DNA of 64,000 bases. It comes from an uncultured Actinomycetota bacterium (GTDB lineage: Bacteria > Actinomycetota > Actinomycetes > JAHEKZ01). The stretch lies in assembly GCA_963743915.1 (NCBI GenBank), contig CAVURN010000005.1:320001-384000 (forward strand), in the 5' to 3' direction. Below the pieces are notes generated by a model. The model was not told where the DNA came from, did not search any database, and worked only from the letters and a program-made list of their open reading frames with translations. Of this stretch, positions 42,484-50,339 are shown in pieces (position 1 is the stretch's first letter; the number at the start of each line of letters is the position of its first letter). The translations under genes and the position numbers were made by a program.

Positions 42484-42496
42484 TCGGCTTTACCGA
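42484..42496. promoter_or_regulatory. Candidate LysR recognition box (T-N11-A)
   Basis: TCGGCTTTACCGA with TCGG/CCGA dyad, about 130 bp upstream of the monooxygenase start. Confidence 0.5.
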
Positions 42497-42557
42497 TGTA
42501 GAGGCGGAGGCGGACGCAGGGGTGCGGAGATCACGGAGGAAGGATCACGCGGTTGGG

Positions 42558-42631
42558 TGGAGCTGAGGGGATTTGAACCCCTGACCCCCTCGTTGCGAAC
42601 GAGGTGCGCTACCGGACTGCGCCACAGCCCC
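42558..42631 (-). tRNA. tRNA-Ala (anticodon CGC)
   Basis: Reverse complement GGGGCTGTGGCGCAGTCCGGTAGCGCACCTCGTTCGCAACGAGGGGGTCAGGGGTTCAAATCCCCTCAGCTCCA; G3:U70 pair; TATCCT -10 box upstream. Confidence 0.95.
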
Positions 42632-42705
42632 TGGCTGTCCACCCACGAGGGGGGACGGCAGGACCGGATGAGGATAGCAACGGAGCGTCCCGCCGCCCGA
42701 ATCGG

Positions 42706-43699
42706 TCAGTCGCCGACGGCGCGGCGGCTCGACTCACCGGTCGGCGCGTCCGAGCGTTCGACCGGCGGGGCCGCCTCGTGCTCCAGCAGGGCGTCGAGCT
42801 CGTCGAGCTGCACCTCCGCGGCGAGCAGGTCCTCCTCGCCCAGCCCGTCGTCCAGCAGTCGGCCCGACGTCCAGGCCCCCGGTGTGGTGAGGTCGATGAC
42901 CTTGATCGGTCGAACCGCCTTGGGGGCGGTCACGTAGGTCGGGAGCGGCAGTGGGTTCGGGGCCCACGCCTCGTCACCCTGCTCGACCGCCGCCGAGCCC
43001 GCGGACGCCGCGTGCCGCTTCGTCTCGACCGTGACGGCCCGCGACGGGCCGGACACGAACCCTGACGCGTCGGGGCGGTCCTCAGCCGGTGCCACCTCTC
43101 GGCGATCAGCCGTCGGGTTCCTCCGGTCGGTGCGCGCGTCGTCCCGCCGCGCAGCGTCCTTCGCCCGGAGCCCGCGGAGCCGGCCATCCGACGGCGCTGC
43201 TTCTGCAGAGCCTGGACGCGCAGGTGGACCACGAAGGCGACCAGCAGCACGACCACGACCAGCGGGTGCCCACCAGGGCACGGGGGTCAAGGGCGCTGCG
43301 AGCGCGAGGACCAGTGCGAGGGCCGCCAGCACCCCGAGGGTGCGGGCCCGACGCTGGGCGAGGGAACGGGGTGGGCGAGCCGGACGTTTGCGCGCAGCCG
43401 GACGCGGCTGTCGGCGGGGCGCCGGACCGCACGGGTCGCTCCGACCGCGGCTCGGGTCGAGGGCGCCGGGTCGGCACCGCGTCCTCGTGGCGGGTCGGCA
43501 CGGGCTCCTCCACGAGCTCCTGGCGGCGTCGGGCGTCCTGCGCGGCCTGCTCGCGGCGCGAGAGCACGCGCATCGCCTGCCCGAAGCGCTCGACCGAGCG
43601 GTTCTCGGAGGCGGTGTCGTGGTTGCGGAGCCACATCGGGATGAGGACGGCGGCCCACATCAGGGCGATCGCTGCATAGATCAGACCGCTTGCACTCAC
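42706..43699 (-). CDS. SepX/GlpR family membrane protein; frameshifts
   Basis: SGLIYAAIALMWAAVLIPMWLR..D...SVERFGQAMRVL, WAPNPLPLPTYVTAPKA, RRAVGD; lies between rimJ and tRNA-Ala. Confidence 0.8.
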
Positions 43700-43832
43700 G
43701 GGACATCACGGTACGTGCGGGTCCGTTCACTTCTCGGTAACGCGGCCGGTGTGTCGGACCCTGGGTGTACGACGCAGAAGGTCGGGCGCAACGAGACCTG
43801 CCGGACGCACACTCGGCGCAGGGAGACCGAGG

Positions 43833-44436
43833 TCAGCTGAGTGGGAGGCGGGTGCGTCGCCAGCGCTCGGCCACGCCCTCGGGGATCTCGCCGGCCAGCA
43901 GCACGTAGACCCGGTGGTCGCGCCAGTCGCCGTCGATGTGCAGGTACGCCTCCCGGTCGCCCTCGTACCGGAACCCCAGCTTCTCGGCCACCCGGCGGCT
44001 CGGCATGTTCTCCGGCCGCATCGCGATCTCGATCCGGTGCAGCCGCAACGAGGCGAACGCGTGGTCGGTCGCCAGCGCCACCGCGGTCGGGATGATCCCC
44101 CGACCGGCGTGGTCGGCGCCGATCCAGTACCCGATGTGCGCCGCACGCAACGAGCCGTAGTGGACGCCTCCGACGGTCAGCTGCCCCACCAGCCGGCCGT
44201 GGTAGGTGACGACGAAGGGGAGCATGCGACCGGCACGGGCCTCGCGGCGCAGCCCGGCGACCATGCTGTGGAAGCCGACGGAGGGTTGGCGGGGGTCCGG
44301 GTTGGTCGCCTCCCACGGCCGCAGCCACTCGGCGCTCGCCGCCCTGACGTGGCGCCAGGCTGCCGGCATCCCGGTACCGGATCGGGCGCAGTCCGACCGG
44401 CCCCTCGGAGAGCGTGACCGGCCACCCCGTGGTCAG
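43833..44436 (-). CDS. RimJ-like GNAT N-acetyltransferase; frameshift near 44362; probable CTG start
   Basis: WPVTLSEGPVGLRP, WLRPWEAT, HIGYWIG...GRGI, LHRIEIAMRPEN.PSRRVAEKLGF, IDGDWRDH. Confidence 0.88.
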
Positions 44437-44924
44437 TGGTCACCCCCGGCGAGCTGGTCGCGCACGTGGGCGAGCAGCGGCGCCACCACGGCGACGCCGT
44501 CCCGAGCGCCCCCCACCGATCCGGGAAGGTTCACCAGCAGCGTGCGCCCCGCGACCCCCGCGACGCCTCGCGACAGCACCGCCGTCGCGACGCCCGCGGA
44601 CTGTCCGGCGGTGCGGATCGCCTCGGCGATCCCCGGCACCTCACGGTCGAGGACGCGGCGCGTCGCCTCCGGCGTCCGGTCGTCGGGTGCGAGGCCGGTG
44701 CCGCCGGTGGTGAGAACGGCGTCGACGCCCGCGTCCACGGCGGCTCGCAGCACCCGCTCCAGCTCGTCCTCGTCGTCGGCGACCACCGTCGAGCGTCACG
44801 TCGCCGACGCCGAACGCGCGCAGCGCCTCCACGACCGCCGGCCCGCGAGCGGTCCTCGTACTCGTGCGCGGCGGCCCGGGTGGACACCGTCACGACGTGG
44901 ACCCGCAGTGCTCGCGTCAGGCAC
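44433..44924 (-). CDS. MogA/MoaB molybdopterin adenylyltransferase; frameshifts
   Basis: [45 protein letters not shown]. Confidence 0.88.
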
Positions 44925-45388
44925 GGTGCCAGTCCCCGGACGCTCCCCCGGTCTTGGTGTCGACGTGCACCGCGTTCACCTCGGCGGCGGGGTCGACCGC
45001 CTTCACCATGTCGATCAGGGCCAGCGCCGCGACGGTGACGCAGGTGAGCGCCTCCATCTCGACGCCGGTGCGGTCCGCGGTGCGCACCGTCGCGCGCGAT
45101 CGCGACGTGGTCGTCGTGCACCTGCAGGTCGACGGCCACACCGTGGATGGCGATCGGATGGCACAGCGGCACGAGATCGGGCGTGCGCTTGGCTGCCTGG
45201 ATGCCCGCGATGCGCGCGACGGCCAGGGCGTCCCCCTTCGGCACGCCTGGACCGCGCAGCAGCTCGACCACCTCCGACGAGACGTCGACCCGTCCGGACG
45301 CCGTGGCCGTACGCACCGTGACGTCCTTGCCGGAGACGTCGACCATCCGCGCGGCGCCGCGCTCGTCGAGGTGGGTGAACTCGCTCAT
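44917..45388 (-). CDS. moaC: Cyclic pyranopterin monophosphate synthase; frameshift near 45095
   Basis: [49 protein letters not shown]. Confidence 0.93.
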
Positions 45389-46611
45389 CCGGCGCGCCGC
45401 TCGAGCATGACCACCGTGACGGCGTCACCCGACGCCACGTGGGTGACGTCCTCGGGCACCGCGATCAGACAGTTGGCGCTGGCCAGTCCCGCGAGCAGGT
45501 GCGAACCGGAACCGCCGACAGGACGGACGACGTAGCGACCGTCCTCGACACCGAGGTCGCCCCGCAGGAACTGTCGCTTGCCGGACGGGGACTGCACGTT
45601 CTCCTTCAGCACCGCCCGCACCGTCGGGCGCTCGAGCGGCTCGAGCGCCTGCATCCGGCGGAGCACGGGGCGGACGAACATCTCGAACGAGACGAACGCC
45701 GAGACCGGGTTGCCCGGCAGGGTGAAGATCGGCGTGCTGTCCGGGCCGACGAACCCGAAGCCCTGCGGCATGCCGGGCTGCATGGCCACCTTCTCGAACG
45801 TGACACTCCCCATGCGTCCGAGCGCCTCCTTCACGACGTCGTAGGCGCCGACGCTGACCCCGCCGGTGGTGATCACCAGGTCGGCCCGGATCAGCTGGTC
45901 CTCGATCGTGGTGATCAGGGTCTTCGGGTCGTCCGGCACGAAGCCGACGCGGTAGGCGGTGGCCCCTGCAGCGTTGGCGGCGGCCGCGCAGCATGAAGCT
46001 GTTGGAGTCCGGGATCTTGCCGCCGGCGATCGGGTCGCCCGGCTCGACCAGCTCGCTGCCGGTCGACATCACCACGACGCGCGGACGCGGACGCACCAGC
46101 ACCCGCGCGCGACCGACCGCCGCCAGCAGCGCGAGCTGGGCCGGGCCGAGCCGCGTCCCTGACGGGGACGACGACGTCACCCTGACGCGCGTCCTCGCCC
46201 TGGGAGCGCACGTAGGCGTCCCGCTGCGGAGCCCGTCGGATGGACGACCTCGACGATGTCGCCGTCGGTCCACTCGACCGGGACGACCGCGTCCGCACCC
46301 GAAGGCATCGGTCCCCCCGTCATGATCCGCGCACACTGTCCTGGGGAGACGGCGAGGGCGCCGGAGTACCCGGCAGGGATGTCGCCCACCACCGGCAGCA
46401 TCACCGGCGACGACTCCGAAGCGCCCGCGACGTCGTCGGTGCGGACGGCATAGCCGTCCATGGACGAGTTGGTGAACGGCGGCAGGTCCCACGTGGCCGC
46501 GACGTCCTCGCTGAGCGTGCAGCCGTGGGCGTCGAGCAGGCGGAGCTCGAGCGGGGAGAGCGTGTCGATGTTCGCCAGGCAGTCCGCGAGGTGCTGGTCG
46601 ACGGACTTCAT
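45385..46611 (-). CDS. moeA: Molybdopterin molybdotransferase (Glp); frameshifts
   Basis: [60 protein letters not shown]. Confidence 0.93.
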
Positions 46612-47534
46612 GAGGCCGCCTGATCTCCTGCGCCGCGCTCCTGCTCGCGCACGAACTCCGCGAGCCACGCGCGGAACTCCGGCCCAGGTCCTCCCGCTCG
46701 CTGGCCAGCCGGACGACCGCCTTGAGGTAGTCGGCGCGGTCGCCGGTGTCGTAGCGGCGGCCGCGGAAGACCACGCCGTGCACGACGCCTCCCGCGTCCG
46801 CCGGCATGCCGGCCAGCGTCTCCAGCGCGTCGGTCAGCTGGATCTCGCCCCCGCGTCCGGGAGGCGTGTCGCGCAGCACGTCGAAGACCGCCGGGTGCAG
46901 CACGTAGCGACCGATGACGGCGAGGTTGCTCGGCGCCTCGTCGGCCGGCGGCTTCTCGACCAGACCGGTGACGGCGAACACGTCCTCGTCGTCGGTGGCG
47001 GTGACCGCCGCGCAGCCGTAGAGGTGGATCTGGTGCCGCGGCACCTCCATCAGCGCGACCACCGACCCGCCGCGGGTCGCCTGCACCTCGATCATGCGGG
47101 CGAGCAGCGGGTCGCGCTCGTCGATCAGGTCGTCGCCGAGCAGCACGGCGAACGGCTCGGCCCCGACGTGCTGCGGCAGCGACGAGCACCGCGTGCCCGA
47201 GCCCGCGGGGATCTCCCTGACGGACGTAGTGGATCTGCGCCAGGTTCGTCGACTCCTGCACGCGGGCCAGGCGGTCCGTGTCGCCCTTGGCCTCCAGGGC
47301 GAGCTCGAGCTCGACGTTGCGGTCGAAGTGGTCCTCGATCGCCGTCTTGTTGCGGCCGGTGACCATCAGCACGTCGGACAGGCCGGCCGCGACGGCCTCC
47401 TCGACGACGTACTGGATGGCCGGCTTGTCGACGACCGGCAGCATCTCCTTGGGCACCGACTTCGTCGCCGGAAGGAAGCGTGTGCCCAGCCCGGCAACCG
47501 GGATCACGGCCTTGGTGGGGCGTCCTGTGCTCAT
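46608..47534 (-). CDS. galU: UTP-glucose-1-phosphate uridylyltransferase; frameshifts
   Basis: [57 protein letters not shown]. Confidence 0.95.
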   Translation of the reverse strand: MSTGRPTKAVIPVAGLGTRFLPATKSVPKEMLPVVDKPAIQYVVEEAVAAGLSDVLMVTGRNKTAIEDHFDRNVELELALEAKGDTDRLARVQESTNLAQIHYVRQGDPRGLGHAVLVAAAARRGRAVRRAARRRPDRRARPAARPHDRGAGDPRRVGGRADGGAAAPDPPLRLRGGHRHRRRGRVRRHRSGREAAGRRGAEQPRRHRSLRAAPGGLRRAARHASRTRGRDPADRRAGDAGRHAGGRGRRRARRGLPRPPLRHRRPRRLPQGGRPAGQRAGGPGPEFRAWLAEFVREQERGAGDQAAS

Positions 47535-47543
47535 GCCCCGAAT

Positions 47544-49526
47544 CTATCGGTCCGACGCCGTCCCGGCGCTGACCGCCATGACCCACCGGTCACGCCCTGC
47601 ACCCTTGGCCTGGTACAGAGCGCGGTCGGCCGCTCTGAGCAACGTCGCCGAGGTCGTCCCCTGCTCCGGGTAGACCGACCCGCCGATGGACACCGTGACG
47701 TGCAGCGGCGACTCCCCTTCGTCACCGTCGAAGGGAGTCGAGCGGATCGCCGAGCAGATGCGCTCGGCGAGGTTCTGGGCACCGGCCGCGGACGTCTCCG
47801 GCAGCACCACCACGAACTCCTCGCCGCCGTACCGCGCCAGGACGTCGACCTCACGGATCTCCCGGCCCACCCTGGACGCGAACTCGCGGAGGACCGCGTC
47901 CCCCCGCTGGTGGCCGTACGTGTCGTTCACGGCCTTGAACAGGTCGAGGTCGAGCATGAGCACCGACAGCGACCGTTGGAACCGATTGGCGCGTTCGACC
48001 TCGCGGTTGAGGCTGGACATCAGGAAGCGGAAGTTGGCGACCCCGGTGAGCGGGTCGATCGTCGACGCGTGTGTCGCCTCGGCATGCAGCATCACGTTCT
48101 CGACCGCGATCGACACCGGCCCCGCCAGCGCCTGGAGTGAGGACTCCGCGGCTGCGTCGAAGCCCGGCTGGCTCTCGCCCGCGAAGAGGGCGATGACCCC
48201 GAAGACGTGCGGGGGTCGTCGCAGCGGCACCGCGACCACCTGGCCCTGCTGCGGCTCGTTGCTGCCGGGCGTCAGCTCAGGGCTGGAACCGATGCGCCCG
48301 CGCACCGACAGCCCGGACGCCGCGACGGAGCCGAGCAGTCCCTCGCCGGGCATCACCGCGTCCGGCACCGCCAGACCCCGGGTGTGCATGCCGTGCTGCG
48401 CGTGGACGGTCAGCCCGCCGTTCTCGTCGCCGAGCAGTACGAGGCCGGCGCCGGCACCCGTGGTGGTCATCGCCGTCTCGAGGATCACTGGCATCAGCGT
48501 GTCGAGGTCGAGCGTGGCCGAGAGGGCGTCACCGAGCCGGTCGAGGCTGGCCCGTGCCGCGTCCCGGCTGTCCTCCAGCTCGGTGACGTAGGTCAGCAGC
48601 TCGTCGGTCATGTGGTTGAACGCGCGCGCCAGTCGACCGACCTCGTCAGCCCGCCGAACCTCGATCGACTTGGTGAGGTCACCTGACGCGACGGCCTCGG
48701 CGGCGTCCGTGACCTCCTCGAGCGGGCCGGTGAGGTCGCGGGCGATGACGACCGCCGCGACGACGGCGACCACGAGCGCGACCAGCGCGACCAGCACGAC
48801 CACCTGCATCAGCGCTCCGCTGGTCGGGGTCGGCGTCGCGACCACGACGTCGAAGGGCATGCCTGCGGTGGCATGTGCGATGGCTGCGGTGATCCCGTCC
48901 TGGTCGACCAGCTGAGAATCGGTGCCCGAGTTCGCGACCAGGTCAGCAGCGAGTGACAGGTCGGTCTCCGGCGCCGACGTGCTGGCGATCAGCGCGCCGT
49001 CGCGCAGCAGCGCGATGTCGCCGGTGAAGCCCAGCCGCTTCCGCAGGTCGTCCAGGTAGGCGGCGTCGACGGTGATGGAGGTGCGGATCTCCGCAAGATC
49101 GGGGCGTCCGTCGACGACCACCTGCAGCCCGGTCGTGACGGCCGCTCCTCCCGTCTCGTTGCTGGCGCAGCTGCTCCACGGGTCGGTGATCAGGACCGAT
49201 GGCAGTCGCCCGGCGGACGCGACCAGCCCGCCGCGTCCGTCGACGACCGCCACCCAGTCGGCCAGCCCGTCGTTCACCGCGGTGCGCGTCGCGTCCCCCG
49301 GGGACGTCGAGGCCACCCCACGACCCACCACGACAGCAGCGGTGGCCACCGCGTCGCACTGCCGGGTCAGGTCGTCGACGACCGCGGAGCGCGTCCCGAG
49401 CACCAGGGAGTCAGCACGGTCGCCTGCCGCGCGTGGGACGGTGTAGGTCACGAGGACGGCGGCCGCGACCAGCGGAACCAGCACCAGTGCCACCAGCACC
49501 AGTGCGAGTCGGGTTCGCAGCCTCAT
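47544..49526 (-). CDS. Membrane diguanylate cyclase (TM-sensor-TM-HAMP-GAF-GGDEF)
   Basis: HAMP DEVGRLARAFNHM; DPLTG, DLDLFKAVNDTYGH.RGD, REVD I-site and RYGGEEF, ADRALYQAK. Confidence 0.92.
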   Translation of the reverse strand: MRLRTRLALVLVALVLVPLVAAAVLVTYTVPRAAGDRADSLVLGTRSAVVDDLTRQCDAVATAAVVVGRGVASTSPGDATRTAVNDGLADWVAVVDGRGGLVASAGRLPSVLITDPWSSCASNETGGAAVTTGLQVVVDGRPDLAEIRTSITVDAAYLDDLRKRLGFTGDIALLRDGALIASTSAPETDLSLAADLVANSGTDSQLVDQDGITAAIAHATAGMPFDVVVATPTPTSGALMQVVVLVALVALVVAVVAAVVIARDLTGPLEEVTDAAEAVASGDLTKSIEVRRADEVGRLARAFNHMTDELLTYVTELEDSRDAARASLDRLGDALSATLDLDTLMPVILETAMTTTGAGAGLVLLGDENGGLTVHAQHGMHTRGLAVPDAVMPGEGLLGSVAASGLSVRGRIGSSPELTPGSNEPQQGQVVAVPLRRPPHVFGVIALFAGESQPGFDAAAESSLQALAGPVSIAVENVMLHAEATHASTIDPLTGVANFRFLMSSLNREVERANRFQRSLSVLMLDLDLFKAVNDTYGHQRGDAVLREFASRVGREIREVDVLARYGGEEFVVVLPETSAAGAQNLAERICSAIRSTPFDGDEGESPLHVTVSIGGSVYPEQGTTSATLLRAADRALYQAKGAGRDRWVMAVSAGTASDR

Positions 49527-49616
49527 CGTTCCTCCCCGCTCATCATCGGGGGATGGCGCTCCGGACAATAGGTCCAGAATGATGCGGTGACCCATTTGGA
49601 GCAGCCCGAGGAGACC

Positions 49617-50181
49617 ATGCCGACGCCACCCGACCCTGACGCACGAGGGGACAAGAAGGAGCTGCGGGCCGCCGTCCGGGCTCGTCGCGCACAGCGGTCC
49701 CCCGAGGACCAGGCCGCTTTCGCCGAGGCCCTCGCCCAGCTGGCAGCCGCCCGAGGGCACCCGACGCGTCGCGCTGTTCCTCGGCGTCGGTGACGAGCCG
49801 GACACCGGTCCGCTGATCGCGGCGCTGCACGCCCGCGGAGTCGAGGTGATCGTGCCGATCACCCTCGACGACTTCTCCCTCGACTGGGCGGTCTACACCG
49901 GTCCCGACGAGCTCGCCGACGGACGGTTCGGCCTGCGCGAACCGACCGGCCCCCGCCTGGGGCACGCGGCCATCGGCTCAGCCGACGTGGTGCTCGTGCC
50001 AGGGCTGTCGGTGGACGCCGAGGGACGCCGGCTCGGTCAGGGCGCCGGCTGCTACGACCGCTCCCTTCCCTTCGTCTCGGCCACCACCCCCGTCCTCGCC
50101 GTGGTCTTCCCCGATGAGCGGGTCGAAGGCCCGCTGCCGGAGGAGCCCCACGACCGAAGGGTCGACGGCGTCCTGCCGTAA
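49617..50181 (+). CDS. 5-formyltetrahydrofolate cyclo-ligase; frameshift near 49755
   Basis: KKELRAAVRARR, DEPDT, FGLREP, VLVPGL...RLGQGAGCYDR, EPHD. Confidence 0.9.
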
Positions 50182-50328
50182 CAGCCGAGTGCGCCCAGCA
50201 GCCGAGTGCGGCGCTGGATGATGGCGGAGCCAGTCGGTTGCGCCCAGCGCACTCGACGCAGCGGAGCGTCATCCAGCACCGCACTCGGCGGGCTGTGACG
50301 TCCACCAGCCCAGCACTCGGCAGGCTGT
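50181..50328. repeat. Nested palindromic REP-like element between convergent genes
   Basis: 21-bp arms GCCGAGTGCGGCGCTGGATGA (50201-50221) and TCATCCAGCACCGCACTCGGC (50269-50289) with one mismatch, plus outer GCCGAGTGC/GCACTCGGC copies. Confidence 0.7.
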
Positions 50329-50339
50329 GTGTCGCCCCG

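Noticed and set aside
33637-42557. Intact integrative element at tRNA-Ala
   Set aside because: No integrase and no duplicated tRNA 3' end were found by eye; composition looks similar to the flanks.
38500-47300. Programmed frameshifting or mass pseudogenisation
   Set aside because: No slippery sites are apparent, housekeeping genes are equally affected, and a recurring error pattern suggests a sequencing artefact.
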